DNA of 64,000 nucleotides from a phage. Within the stretch, counting starts at the first letter, position 1. Each line of letters begins with the position of its first letter. Below are positions 9,573-18,879 of the stretch, one piece after another. The notes beneath the pieces are model-generated. The model was not told the origin of the DNA and ran no database searches. It saw nothing but the letters and a program-made list of their open reading frames with translations. The stretch is from assembly GCA_025677605.1 (NCBI GenBank), contig GCA_025677605.1_4110.1, one strand, 5' to 3'. Made by a program: the position numbers and the translations under genes.

Positions 9573-9752
9573 TTAGCGGTAGTCGTCGTATGCTTTATTC
9601 ACCTGGCGAATGTAACTTTCAAAGGCTTCGTCTACCGTTTCATACTCCCGAACATAATCACCATAGGAAACTACATACATCCCTTTTTGATCTTCAAACG
9701 TCATGATGATAGAATCCAGGCCGATGATTTCAGTTTTTGCGATGATAGCCAT
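9573..9752 (-). CDS. hypothetical protein (59 aa)
   Basis: track ORF 9573..9815 trimmed to ATG at 9750-9752 (MAIIAKT); upstream codons read through promoter. Confidence 0.5.
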   Translation of the reverse strand: MAIIAKTEIIGLDSIIMTFEDQKGMYVVSYGDYVREYETVDEAFESYIRQVNKAYDDYR

Positions 9753-9834
9753 TTTTAATTCCTTAGTAGTGTAGTTGATAAAATCTATTATGCCAGTACT
9801 ATCAATCTTTGTCAATAGTACTGTGATAATATTT

Positions 9835-10047
9835 TTAATCGATAATGGTTAATGTAAAGTTATAATCACCGCATCGATATAGCACGTTATTCCCAAATGT
9901 TCCAACCAATCGCACATCACACAAAACGCCAGTTTTTTCTTTTACTTCCTTGATACTTGTAACTCCTGTAATATCTTTATTAAAGTATTCATGGTCTGAA
10001 AATAAAACTTGTTTTGCATTTTTCAATTTCGACCGGATATTAGCCAT
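9835..10047 (-). CDS. hypothetical protein (70 aa)
   Basis: track ORF; promoter + hairpin upstream. Confidence 0.6.
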   Translation of the reverse strand: MANIRSKLKNAKQVLFSDHEYFNKDITGVTSIKEVKEKTGVLCDVRLVGTFGNNVLYRCGDYNFTLTIID

Positions 10048-10142
10048 TTTGTTTTCTCTCTCTGTTAGTGGGGAGAACTATTCTCCCCTTGATGTAAACT
10101 ATTATACAGTACTATAATCTATTGTCAAACTATTTTTTAATA

Positions 10143-10484
10143 TTATTCGAAATCTTCTGGACCGGACTGATAATCATCTTCACCGTATGCACTTTCTAAC
10201 TTCTCGCCAGTGCAATCATCAGTTAGTGAGTCATCCTCATAGTTCACGTCTACGCCCGTGATGTAAAACTGGCTATCGTATGGATCATTGAAATTAATTT
10301 TCTGAATGTTTACAATAACTGTATTGATGCCCAGGACACCGCCATCAGCCGTTACAAAGTACTGATAGTTTTCACATCCACCACTATTGAAACCGTAATT
10401 GATTTCGGCCCGACCATCATTTAAACGCAGTGCCTGAGCGATGAATTCGTTTTCAAAGTTAGATTGAGCAATTGCAATAGTCAT
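10143..10484 (-). CDS. hypothetical acidic protein (113 aa)
   Basis: track ORF; promoter + hairpin upstream. Confidence 0.6.
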   Translation of the reverse strand: MTIAIAQSNFENEFIAQALRLNDGRAEINYGFNSGGCENYQYFVTADGGVLGINTVIVNIQKINFNDPYDSQFYITGVDVNYEDDSLTDDCTGEKLESAYGEDDYQSGPEDFE

Positions 10485-10583
10485 GATTCGTTTCCTTATT
10501 ACCAGGGGAAACGGTTTCCCCTTGCTATGTAAAACATTATACTTGATTCTAAGTACAATGCAAGTACTTTTTGCAAAATACTT

Positions 10584-10766
10584 TTAATCCCTTTGATACT
10601 CACATAACGCCATATCATACGCAATTGACGCTGATTTGAAATCATCGTGTCGCTCAATCTCTTTCATGTCAACATAGATGATCCATAGGTTTACGTCTTC
10701 CTGGCGTATGATAACGGCAGGTTTACCGATGATATGTGATGCCGCTAGTTCGATTGGATTAAACAT
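10584..10766 (-). CDS. hypothetical protein (60 aa)
   Basis: track ORF. Confidence 0.55.
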   Translation of the reverse strand: MFNPIELAASHIIGKPAVIIRQEDVNLWIIYVDMKEIERHDDFKSASIAYDMALCEYQRD

Positions 10767-10885
10767 TGTAGTACTCCTTATTAGATTGATATATTTTATT
10801 TACACTTCCGCACCCTGTGGGCTAGTGAGCTATCTCTCAATGAATATATAATAGCAAAATGGCTGACCGAAGTCAACCACTTTTT

Positions 10886-11023
10886 TCATTTATTTTTAGC
10901 TTTTAGAATCGCCGCTTTTCGCGTCATGCCTTGCTTGATGTACTCCTTTACTTTCGCTTTACGTGCTTTCGCTTTATCTGCTTTCGTTTTAGGAGTACTG
11001 TAAATTAAACCGTTAGGATTCAT
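10886..11023 (-). CDS. hypothetical small basic protein (45 aa)
   Basis: hand-translated; weak RBS. Confidence 0.3.
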   Translation of the reverse strand: MNPNGLIYSTPKTKADKAKARKAKVKEYIKQGMTRKAAILKAKNK

Positions 11024-11109
11024 TTAAATCACCATAAAGAATAGATAGGTTACTAACAATGCCGCGATCAATGCACCGATCACCGCCGAACTGTAATAAG
11101 CCAATGATT

Positions 11110-11262
11110 TCATTTTTTAGCCTGGAAGTAATGTTTAATTTGTGCGGCGGTCAATGCACAATTACGCAGGAAGTTTTCTGTATAACTGCGACGAGTACTG
11201 AAAGAAAATTGACCTTTGCCGTTGCCGATAGTAACATCAAACCGAGCATTATATTGTTTCAT
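11110..11262 (-). CDS. hypothetical small protein (50 aa)
   Basis: hand-translated; AGGAGAA RBS 6 nt upstream. Confidence 0.45.
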   Translation of the reverse strand: MKQYNARFDVTIGNGKGQFSFSTRRSYTENFLRNCALTAAQIKHYFQAKK

Positions 11263-11346
11263 TTTGATTCTCCTAGTATCAGGGGAGAACCATTTCCCCC
11301 CCCTCTATGTAAAACATTATACAGTACTAAAAACTAATTGCAAGTA

Positions 11347-11493
11347 CTATTTTTTAGATTTACGCAAACTTTCTACCATCTCAGGAGTAAGGCCCGGCGG
11401 GTAGGAAACCACTTCATCAACGAAACGTAAAGGGAATACCCCAGCGAAAGGTGAACATGCTTTCTTAGTATTACTCTTTTTTGATGCTTTCAT
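11347..11493 (-). CDS. hypothetical small protein (48 aa)
   Basis: hand-translated; promoter + hairpin at 11500-11580. Confidence 0.4.
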   Translation of the reverse strand: MKASKKSNTKKACSPFAGVFPLRFVDEVVSYPPGLTPEMVESLRKSKK

Positions 11494-11575
11494 TTCATAT
11501 TCCTTAATTAGTGGGAAGTACTATTTCTCCCCTTCATGTAAAACATTATACAGTACTAAAAACTAATTGCAAGTA

Positions 11576-11818
11576 TTATTTTAAACTTTGTGCGACTAAT
11601 TTCGCACGGTCAATCATATACTGCCATTTTTTGATCTCTTCTGGTAGAAAACGATATTCACCAATAACAATAGTGATACACTTTTCAGCCTGGTCAATGT
11701 ATGTAGTGTCAATCTCGACTTGAACGGGTACACGTTCGCCGTAATCAGTGCCAGGGATAATACAATCATTATCATAAGTAACAGTAGTAGCAGTGTCTTT
11801 GATTAAAATTGTTTCCAT
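11576..11818 (-). CDS. hypothetical protein (80 aa)
   Basis: track ORF. Confidence 0.6.
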   Translation of the reverse strand: METILIKDTATTVTYDNDCIIPGTDYGERVPVQVEIDTTYIDQAEKCITIVIGEYRFLPEEIKKWQYMIDRAKLVAQSLK

Positions 11819-11888
11819 TATACTTTCCTCGTTAGGTGTAAGGGGAAAAAGTTTCCCCTCTATGTAAACAATTATACAGTACTGAAAA

Positions 11889-12098
11889 CTAATTGCAAGT
11901 ATTATTTTCTAAAAAATGATTGTATGCTGCATCAACCACTCTTTCGATAACATACGCCAACGGCACGTATCCAACTACATGACTACAATAGAAAGGACTA
12001 CGATTAGAATCATCGTATGCAAATACTTTACCAGGTACGGCATCAATCACATACATATTAACCTTTAAGATGTCGATCTTATCCTGTACAGTAAGCAT
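11889..12098 (-). CDS. hypothetical protein (69 aa)
   Basis: track ORF 11889..12125 begins at a TTG; first ATG at 12096-12098 used. Confidence 0.5.
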   Translation of the reverse strand: MLTVQDKIDILKVNMYVIDAVPGKVFAYDDSNRSPFYCSHVVGYVPLAYVIERVVDAAYNHFLENNTCN

Positions 12099-12099
12099 A

Positions 12100-12270
12100 T
12101 TACGCCGCCTTATCAGTACTAGCAACCGGACGGATACGGGCCATCGCCTGGGCTTGTTCTACGCTGTATTGTTCGTATAGTCTGCATTCTTCCGGTGTAG
12201 GAATAGCATCAATACGTTTCATTGGTTTAATGATGCTTTCAACTTCATTCAGTACTTGATTAACGTTCAT
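12100..12270 (-). CDS. hypothetical small protein (56 aa)
   Basis: hand-translated; GAGGATAA RBS; stop abuts next ATG. Confidence 0.45.
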   Translation of the reverse strand: MNVNQVLNEVESIIKPMKRIDAIPTPEECRLYEQYSVEQAQAMARIRPVASTDKAA

Positions 12271-12321
12271 GGTATTATCCTCAATATTAGCGGCCTAAAT
12301 CAACCGCTAACGATGTTTTGA

Positions 12322-12591
12322 TTAATAGGTGTATGGTTGACGCTCAAACAATGAATAGACGTTATACGCCCCGCTAATGGGCTTCGCTGGCAAATCAATT
12401 TTATATTGTTCACGCTTAAAGATAATAAAACGGCAATTGTTTTTTACATCAAAATTGATTGAACGTTCCAGGAGTTTTCCATCGTGTACAAATACAAGAT
12501 AACCGCTTGGTACTTGTTTTGTAGTACTGGTTGCAACCATAGACCGACGAACATGCGTACCTGCATCGATTAAAGTACTGATATTTTTCAT
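12322..12591 (-). CDS. hypothetical protein (89 aa)
   Basis: track ORF. Confidence 0.55.
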   Translation of the reverse strand: MKNISTLIDAGTHVRRSMVATSTTKQVPSGYLVFVHDGKLLERSINFDVKNNCRFIIFKREQYKIDLPAKPISGAYNVYSLFERQPYTY

Positions 12592-12671
12592 TATACTATC
12601 CTCTTAAGTTAATTTAATTTCTTTCCCCTATGCAGACACTATATCAAAGTATCTGCATAAAGTAAAGCTAA

Positions 12672-13016
12672 TTAAAGATCTTTTTTGCGTTTAACATCAG
12701 TTACCGAACTGTAAACAGTGATATTATTGTCACGGCAAAAACGGGAAAGATAAGAACCGCGTAAAAACTCTTTACCTTCCATATCAATAACCTTGCTAAA
12801 TTCATCCATTGCTACGGTGTCAAAGTGATCCCCGTATCCATATTGGAACGGCACGTTTACTACTTCAATAAAATTACCATCAATTTCTACGTCTACACTT
12901 AAAGAGAAATAAGTGTTACCATATGAAGCCTGGAACCAACGCCGAGCGGCAATATGTACAACTTCAACAGAAGACAGGTTGATATTTTGTGCTGTGATAG
13001 TGTTGATGTTAGCCAT
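12672..13016 (-). CDS. hypothetical protein (114 aa), paralog of 6875..7198
   Basis: track ORF; shared motifs with 6875..7198. Confidence 0.6.
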   Translation of the reverse strand: MANINTITAQNINLSSVEVVHIAARRWFQASYGNTYFSLSVDVEIDGNFIEVVNVPFQYGYGDHFDTVAMDEFSKVIDMEGKEFLRGSYLSRFCRDNNITVYSSVTDVKRKKDL

Positions 13017-13096
13017 TTTTAGTTTCCTCAGTTGTTTTGATAAAATCTATTATGCCAGTACTATCAATCTATGTCAATAGTACTGTGATAATAATT

Positions 13097-13309
13097 TTAC
13101 TTACTTTCTTTCGATGCTTTATGTTGTGCAACTGCCATTACTACATCAGCACGAACAAAGTTTTTAACCGTGTCAGTGTAATAATTGATTGCATCGTCTA
13201 TATCTGCGAACGTCCGATACATACCGCACCAAGATACTTTATAACCTGCTTTCACTTGTTCCAGCTTAACCAGTGATTTGTTTACTTTGATTTTAGTAAT
13301 GATAGCCAT
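13097..13309 (-). CDS. hypothetical protein (70 aa)
   Basis: track ORF; promoter variant TTGACA-17-CATAAT upstream (three copies of this promoter region). Confidence 0.6.
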   Translation of the reverse strand: MAIITKIKVNKSLVKLEQVKAGYKVSWCGMYRTFADIDDAINYYTDTVKNFVRADVVMAVAQHKASKESK

Positions 13310-13391
13310 TTTTTGTTTCCTCTTAGTTGTCTTGATAAAATCTATTATGCCAGTACTATCAAACTATGTCAATAGTACTGTGATAATATTT

Positions 13392-13535
13392 TTACTTACT
13401 TTTTGCTTTCTTTGCTGCTTCCACCTGGTCGGCCCACTCTTTACCCCATACTTGAGCATTATAGTGATACTGACAAAGAGCAACGCCCCGCTTCAAACCA
13501 GTAATAGATTTTTTACCACATTGACAAGTTTTCAT
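13392..13535 (-). CDS. hypothetical small Cys-containing protein (47 aa)
   Basis: hand-translated MKTCQCGKK...; promoter + hairpin upstream. Confidence 0.45.
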   Translation of the reverse strand: MKTCQCGKKSITGLKRGVALCQYHYNAQVWGKEWADQVEAAKKAKSK

Positions 13536-13622
13536 TTTAGTTTCCTCTTAGTGGGGAGAACCATTTTCTCCCCTTGATGTAATGTATTATACTTTATCTG
13601 ATTTACTTTGCAAGTACTTTTT

Positions 13623-13850
13623 TTAATTTAATTCATCCAGGCAAAGGATACGCTCAACGCCCAAATCAGTTAAACTAATAGACGGCACTTGATAGGTTTC
13701 AACGTATTCTACACTCGCCCACTGACCGAACTCATTCACCGCCCAGGTATTCATTGCAAAATGTAATTCCGCACCTTTCTTATTAGTAATTACAGCAACA
13801 GTAGAAGAATTGCCAGTAGTACCAGATACGCGAGTGATTACGATAGCCAT
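13623..13850 (-). CDS. hypothetical protein (75 aa)
   Basis: track ORF. Confidence 0.6.
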   Translation of the reverse strand: MAIVITRVSGTTGNSSTVAVITNKKGAELHFAMNTWAVNEFGQWASVEYVETYQVPSISLTDLGVERILCLDELN

Positions 13851-13920
13851 TGTTTTGATTCCTATTCAGTAGTTGATGTATGTATTATCGCAGTACTTAA
13901 AACTATTGTCAAACTATTTT

Positions 13921-14073
13921 TTAAAGTTTATCAATGATTGATGCCGTTTCATTGATAGTCTTGCCGTGTTTTGCACACGCGATAACTGCTTTAAATTCCT
14001 TTGATGACCAATCTTTTTTACTGCATACTGACATTACTTGTAAAGTGAAACAATCCAGTTCATAAGTATTCAT
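13921..14073 (-). CDS. hypothetical small protein (50 aa)
   Basis: hand-translated; TGAGGATAT RBS. Confidence 0.4.
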   Translation of the reverse strand: MNTYELDCFTLQVMSVCSKKDWSSKEFKAVIACAKHGKTINETASIIDKL

Positions 14074-14177
14074 CTTTATATCCTCAGTTAGTTAAGGTGT
14101 CTCGCCTTGATGAAATTAATTATACGCTAATCTCTTAATCGTGCAAGTACTTTTTATTAGTTTTTGCAAAATACTTT

Positions 14178-14269
14178 AAACGCCCGCAATCGCATTCTAA
14201 CGACCTTAACGCCACCAGCTAGGGCGATGCATCAGATAATCAGTTTAATGCGTTAGAATCGATTCTAGG
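14178..14269. repeat. conserved motif AAACGCCCGCAATCGCATTCTAACG with inverted partner CGTTAGAATCGATTCTAGG
   Basis: motif also at 9229-9253 and 19431-19456, each just distal to a terminator. Confidence 0.45.
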
Positions 14270-14300
14270 CGGTGCTGGGGGCATGGTAAACGATAAACAC

Positions 14301-14327
14301 AAAAAAGCCCACTGTTTAAGGTGGGCT
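14301..14327 (-). terminator. intrinsic terminator (AGCCCAC..GTGGGCT + U-run)
   Basis: inverted repeat with A6 on plus strand, after the 14349 stop; same design at 15031-15058. Confidence 0.55.
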
Positions 14328-14348
14328 AGTGATTCAGTACTTTAATTG

Positions 14349-14831
14349 TTATGCTTCAACTTTGCGATGAGCTTCGATCCATTCCTCGCGAGTCAATCCG
14401 CTTTCTTTGATAGCATCCAGTACTACGGCAATGCAGTTACCGCGTACTGGTACAGTGTATTCCTCGCCATTATCCAGAACTACCGGCACGCGTTCCTGAA
14501 TCCATTTTTTAGCTTTTACTTCTGGCTTGTCTTCCCCGTATTTCGCTGCCAGGGCTTTACGTGCCATTTCGGTTACTACTTCCAGATCAAGCCCAGCGAC
14601 GGCGGCGTTAATATCTTCAATCGTTTTCTGCAATTCAGCTTCGCGTGCTGCCTTCTCAGCTTCAAGTGCCGCCGCTTTATTAGCTTGTAGTTCTTTCGCT
14701 TCGCTGTACGCAATGTTAAAATTGTTGCGTACTGCTTTCATGGTATCGCTATCCAGTTCAGCCAGGATCTCAGCCGCTACGTTAGTTTCATTTGCTACCA
14801 GTGCTTTGATGAATGATTTTACATTAGCCAT
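14349..14831 (-). CDS. hypothetical Ala/Glu-rich protein (160 aa)
   Basis: track ORF 14349..14846 trimmed to ATG at 14829-14831 after TGAGGAAT. Confidence 0.6.
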   Translation of the reverse strand: MANVKSFIKALVANETNVAAEILAELDSDTMKAVRNNFNIAYSEAKELQANKAAALEAEKAAREAELQKTIEDINAAVAGLDLEVVTEMARKALAAKYGEDKPEVKAKKWIQERVPVVLDNGEEYTVPVRGNCIAVVLDAIKESGLTREEWIEAHRKVEA

Positions 14832-14887
14832 TATATAATTCCTCAATTAAAGTTTAGTTTACGTTTATTAGTGTATCAAAGTTTTCT

Positions 14888-14948
14888 TGACGTGTCCAGT
14901 TTTTCGTTCGACTTACTGGCGGTCTACTTAGTGTTCCCCGTCTTGATG
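14888..14948 (-). repeat. conserved leader element, degenerate copy C
   Basis: related to 7910-7972 and 17947-18021. Confidence 0.4.
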
Positions 14949-15030
14949 TAATACATTCTACGCTTTTCTTCGGTAATGTCAACTACTTTTTTAAAACTAT
15001 TTTCAAAGTATCTCAGTACTACACCACTAC

Positions 15031-15058
15031 AAAAAAAGCCCACTGTTTAAGGTGGGCT
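15031..15058 (-). terminator. intrinsic terminator (AGCCCAC..GTGGGCT + U-run)
   Basis: same inverted repeat as 14301-14327, downstream of 15076..15375. Confidence 0.55.
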
Positions 15059-15075
15059 ATTGATTCAGTACTAGA

Positions 15076-15375
15076 TTATAAACAGTTAATTACTCCTGTG
15101 TGCGTTACTTTCTCAGTATCCATAACCGTGACCGAACCGCGTTTTTTCTTCGCATCATAATAAATTGTTGTGCTACCTTTCGCATCTTCTTCATGGAACG
15201 GGCCATTTTTAAATGCTTCTGGCTGTAATTCCAGATCCTTTAAAACAATCTCGCCAGTACTTTCATCGGTCATTGCTACGGTGCACTGAATGAATTTATC
15301 ACCAGGTACATCTAACGACGCATTAACAGCGAAAGAGGAAACAGATAAAGCCAGGGCGATGATTGCTACTTTCAT
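15076..15375 (-). CDS. putative secreted protein (99 aa)
   Basis: N-terminal signal-peptide-like MKVAIIALALSVSSFAVNA. Confidence 0.6.
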   Translation of the reverse strand: MKVAIIALALSVSSFAVNASLDVPGDKFIQCTVAMTDESTGEIVLKDLELQPEAFKNGPFHEEDAKGSTTIYYDAKKKRGSVTVMDTEKVTHTGVINCL

Positions 15376-15460
15376 TTGATTATCCTTAGTTACCAGGGGA
15401 ACCGTTCCCCCCCTTGCTATGTAAAATATTATACAGTACTAAAAACTAATTGCAAGTACT

Positions 15461-15697
15461 TTATGATTTTTTATAAAACATTTCGGCAGTGATATTTTTA
15501 CCCGTTGGTTGTACTTTATCCAGGATTTTTTGATGCCCGGACCGTCCAAATGAATATGATCCGTAAACCGTAAACCAGTAGTTACCCTCAGTGTTTACAT
15601 GTACAGCACAATAGGGAACGCCCCGCGATTCATCACTAGTAAAGTGTGCTACCGTTCCCGTTACATTCGAAGACGTTGATTTGATTTGTTCGACCAT
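15461..15697 (-). CDS. hypothetical protein (78 aa)
   Basis: track ORF. Confidence 0.6.
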   Translation of the reverse strand: MVEQIKSTSSNVTGTVAHFTSDESRGVPYCAVHVNTEGNYWFTVYGSYSFGRSGHQKILDKVQPTGKNITAEMFYKKS

Positions 15698-15805
15698 TTT
15701 CTTATTCCTTAGTTACCAGGGGAACCGCTCCCCCTATGCAAAACATTATACGCGTTTAAAAACTATTAGCAAGTATTTTAATAAAAAGTATTTGAAAAAT
15801 AGTTC

Positions 15806-15934
15806 TTGACAACTGCATCCAATACTGGCATAATTACTACATAAAGACAAAACAGTCTCTAACCCACCGGGTGCATAGATCCGTCTATTAAATGATTCAG
15901 TACTGAAAAAAGAAAGGGGATCAATTGATCCCCT
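15806..15934 (+). ncRNA. candidate small plus-strand transcript (promoter TTGACA-17-CATAAT, conserved CTAACCCACCGGGTGCATAG element, hairpin at 15915-15934)
   Basis: plus-strand promoter in an otherwise minus-strand block; no ORF; ends at a hairpin + T-rich stretch. Confidence 0.3.
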
Positions 15935-15939
15935 CGTTG

Positions 15940-16161
15940 TTATTTTGTAAGGTATAAACAGAAGTCACCTTTATTTGCTACGCCGCCAGTGTAACGCGAT
16001 GAATAGTTAGAAACGTCCTGGACTTCTGCTATTACCAGTGTATCATCATTCAATTCGTCGCAGAAGCAAACGGCTGGATCTTTTACGCCGATATTGTCGG
16101 CATGTTCCCGCATAGATTTAACCAGTGCTTCAAGTTGGGAAAGGGTAGTAATGTTAGCCAT
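15940..16161 (-). CDS. hypothetical protein (73 aa)
   Basis: track ORF 15940..16191 trimmed to ATG at 16159-16161 (MANITTL). Confidence 0.55.
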   Translation of the reverse strand: MANITTLSQLEALVKSMREHADNIGVKDPAVCFCDELNDDTLVIAEVQDVSNYSSRYTGGVANKGDFCLYLTK

Positions 16162-16246
16162 TTTATTTTCCTCATTACCAGGGAGAACCATTTCTCCCCT
16201 CTATGTAAACCATTATACAGTACTAAAAACTAATTGCAAGTACTTT

Positions 16247-16450
16247 TTAATTTAATTGCTTAAAAACATACTCAAAGACACGACGCACATCATTGATCAT
16301 CGCCTGGCGGTTAGCAGGTAACGCATCAGGATCGCCACTATCCCAGGCATTGATAAAACTCCCCAAATCATGATAGATTTTATTCTGTAAGCCGATTAAC
16401 TGCAATTCTTTTTCTTCAAGCTCTTTGATACGTTCAATTAAATCACTCAT
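16247..16450 (-). CDS. hypothetical protein (67 aa)
   Basis: track ORF 16247..16486 trimmed to ATG at 16448-16450 (MSDLIERI). Confidence 0.55.
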   Translation of the reverse strand: MSDLIERIKELEEKELQLIGLQNKIYHDLGSFINAWDSGDPDALPANRQAMINDVRRVFEYVFKQLN

Positions 16451-16467
16451 TATATAATCCTTAGTAC

Positions 16468-16752
16468 TTAACTGTAAGATCCGCAACGGTCGCAGTAGTG
16501 CCCGTCCTCGTCATCGTCAACGAATTGACCGACGAAATGATCTACTTTCGCTTTCAGGTTATTATAATCGTTTTCTACTTCCTTTAAACGCTTCTGGTAG
16601 TATTCCAGTGCTTTAAGATATGCCGCATCAGCAGTTTTCTCCTGCATAGCTAAATTCATGCCACGCGTTTCATCGTACAGCCAAAAACCATCGGTGCACT
16701 GGCTAATAGATAATGACTTGCTTAGTACTGTATAGTTAATTACTTTGCTCAT
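16468..16752 (-). CDS. hypothetical protein (94 aa), C-terminal CDRC motif
   Basis: track ORF. Confidence 0.6.
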   Translation of the reverse strand: MSKVINYTVLSKSLSISQCTDGFWLYDETRGMNLAMQEKTADAAYLKALEYYQKRLKEVENDYNNLKAKVDHFVGQFVDDDEDGHYCDRCGSYS

Positions 16753-16837
16753 TAGATAATCCTCAGTAAAGGCGGGAACTATTCCCCGCCTCGATATAAA
16801 GTATTATACGTTAATCTAACTACAATGCAAGTACTTT

Positions 16838-17110
16838 TTAGTTTTTTAATTCTTTTACTGCATCAGGTGCGACAGAACCATCAATGTATTGAACATCGTT
16901 TTCAACTTCACGGGCGGCATCATTCAGCAGATCAAAATTAAATTCCATTTCTTCCAGATCATCAAAATCAGGCTCATAACCATTAATTGTTGAATAAGTC
17001 CAAGTACCTTTTTCATAAGTCACGACACTTACATCAGGGAAGAAATCTTGCACATGATCCATTGCATCCCGAACCAGTTGATGTGCAGTTGTGATATTTA
17101 AAGTTTTCAT
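16838..17110 (-). CDS. hypothetical acidic protein (90 aa)
   Basis: track ORF. Confidence 0.6.
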   Translation of the reverse strand: MKTLNITTAHQLVRDAMDHVQDFFPDVSVVTYEKGTWTYSTINGYEPDFDDLEEMEFNFDLLNDAAREVENDVQYIDGSVAPDAVKELKN

Positions 17111-17203
17111 TTTGTTACCCTTTTAGTGTGAGCGGGGAACCACTCCCCGCCTCGATATAAAGTATTATACGCTTTTAAACTTAGTATGCAAGTACTTTTT
17201 AAA

Positions 17204-17878
17204 TTAATATTCGATTGATTCTACTACGCCATCAATAACATTGAATTGATATTCGTTACCCTCAATCAGTGCCGTAATGTTTTCAGTAGTGAATTGATCC
17301 TCATATGCATTCTCTAAATCACGGTACAACTTGCGGGATAATTCACGAATAGTTTCAGTGAGTAGTTCCTCAAGCTCATTAACTAACGCTTCTTGTTTTG
17401 CGGTTAAATCAGTGTAAGCCGATTCAATGTACCCGCTTACAGTGTTTTCATGCGAGTAGTTGGAGTGAGAACGCTTTACACTCATTGCCAAATCATCTTC
17501 ATTCAGCAGGTGACGGATTGAGCGATACTTAGTTAATGCTCTAACCTTGCGTAAAAACTTCTCAGCGTCAACGTGGTCAGTACTAATTGATGCACCGTCA
17601 CCCTGCGACCAAAAACCACTGAATTGTATTTCAGCGTCATTAATGCCATATTCCGGTAGTACTGTTTCTTTATAGTATTCAATTTCACTTTCAGAAAAAT
17701 AATCGTCGTTTAAGTTTTTTTCACGTTCCCGAACCAGTTCGATAGCTGACGTTTGTTGTTCTGCGTTCAATTCAGAAAAATCCATAACGAAAGTAGTATT
17801 AGTGACAGTTTTCGCTTTGCAACCCTCATTCAATTCAGAAAAATCCATAACGAAAGTAGTAGTAGTGATAGTTTTCAT
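17204..17878 (-). CDS. hypothetical acidic protein (224 aa) with N-terminal tandem repeat
   Basis: two direct copies of TTTFVMDFSELN encoded by a duplicated segment of about 57 bp at 17770-17880. Confidence 0.6.
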   Translation of the reverse strand: MKTITTTTFVMDFSELNEGCKAKTVTNTTFVMDFSELNAEQQTSAIELVREREKNLNDDYFSESEIEYYKETVLPEYGINDAEIQFSGFWSQGDGASISTDHVDAEKFLRKVRALTKYRSIRHLLNEDDLAMSVKRSHSNYSHENTVSGYIESAYTDLTAKQEALVNELEELLTETIRELSRKLYRDLENAYEDQFTTENITALIEGNEYQFNVIDGVVESIEY

Positions 17879-17946
17879 TTTGTAACTCTCATTCAGTAGT
17901 TGATGTAAGTATTATACGCTTTTAAAAACAATTGTCAAACTATTTT

Positions 17947-18021
17947 ATCAGGGGAGTTTTTCGTGTGCCTTACTCCTGGGCTACTTAACGGGGAGTTACT
18001 TATTTCGTTCCCCGTCCTGAT
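17947..18021 (-). repeat. conserved leader/small-RNA-like element, copy B
   Basis: near-identical to 7910-7972. Confidence 0.5.
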
Positions 18022-18197
18022 GTAAAACATTATACGCCTTTAAACATAGTTTGCAAGTACTTTTTATCAAATAGTTTTCAGTACTGGCATTGTACTTAAT
18101 CACTTTACTATAGATACACTTCCGCACCCTATGGGCTATCGCCTTGTGTCCGGCTTGTAAGTATTATCTCACTAAGCCGGATAATGGTCAAGTACTT

Positions 18198-18464
18198 TTA
18201 TTCAAGTACTGCAATCTTTTTAGTACTGTACACGGTAACACGGTTTCCCTTGCGGTCGTGCTTTATTTCTACCACTCGACGCGATACACTATCAGGACTT
18301 TTTAACGCCGCTAACCAGTACTGAATTGATCGGGCTGTACTTTGCTTTACTACGGCCCAACGTTTACCCCTGGCTGATTGTACGCCCATATCTTTAAACG
18401 TTGCACCGTCAACCTTTGCCGCTTGCCGAGCTTGTTCACGCGTCGCAAAGTATATAATATTCAT
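18198..18464 (-). CDS. hypothetical protein (88 aa), paralog of 6384..6788
   Basis: track ORF 18198..18518 trimmed to ATG at 18462-18464 (MNIIYFATRE). Confidence 0.55.
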   Translation of the reverse strand: MNIIYFATREQARQAAKVDGATFKDMGVQSARGKRWAVVKQSTARSIQYWLAALKSPDSVSRRVVEIKHDRKGNRVTVYSTKKIAVLE

Positions 18465-18546
18465 GCTGTTACCCCTATCGTTGTTGTATAAAAGAAATCT
18501 ATTATAAAGTACTATCACCGTGCAATAGTACTTTTAATCTATTCTC

Positions 18547-18786
18547 TTACATGCCAACCATTGCAGCACGGATCGCAGTAGTGCTATACTTGAATCCGTC
18601 CGGTGTTTTATCTTGTCCAGTCTGTTCTAAAAATAGCATCATATGACGGGCCGCATCATTTCGATTAGTGTTAGCGGCAATAAAGTCCAGGGCCAACCGG
18701 TATAATGATTCATCGTTATTAATCCAAAGGCTTACATTCCATTGAGTTTTGTTTTTGTGACCTAAGAACATTTTTGATTTAGCCAT
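18547..18786 (-). CDS. hypothetical protein (79 aa)
   Basis: track ORF. Confidence 0.6.
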   Translation of the reverse strand: MAKSKMFLGHKNKTQWNVSLWINNDESLYRLALDFIAANTNRNDAARHMMLFLEQTGQDKTPDGFKYSTTAIRAAMVGM

Positions 18787-18879
18787 TTTTAAATCCTCTT
18801 AATTATAGTGGGGAACTATTCCCCACCGGATAGAAAGTATTATACATTAATCTAATTACTTTGCAAGTACTTTTTTAAC

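Noticed and set aside
11059-11723. Plus-strand track ORFs 11059..11337, 11216..11404, 11511..11723
   Set aside because: They read through minus-strand promoters and hairpins; the minus strand carries small genes with proper RBS in the same space.
14160-14290. tRNA gene in the ORF-free stretches (14160-14290, 19380-19530, 20230-20420)
   Set aside because: No GTTCGAnTC-type T-loop or cloverleaf could be recognised by eye; not excluded without a tRNA scan.
14346-14838. Plus-strand ORFs 14346..14690 and 14527..14838 overlapping 14349..14831
   Set aside because: Antisense shadows of an Ala/Glu-rich minus-strand gene; no translation signals.
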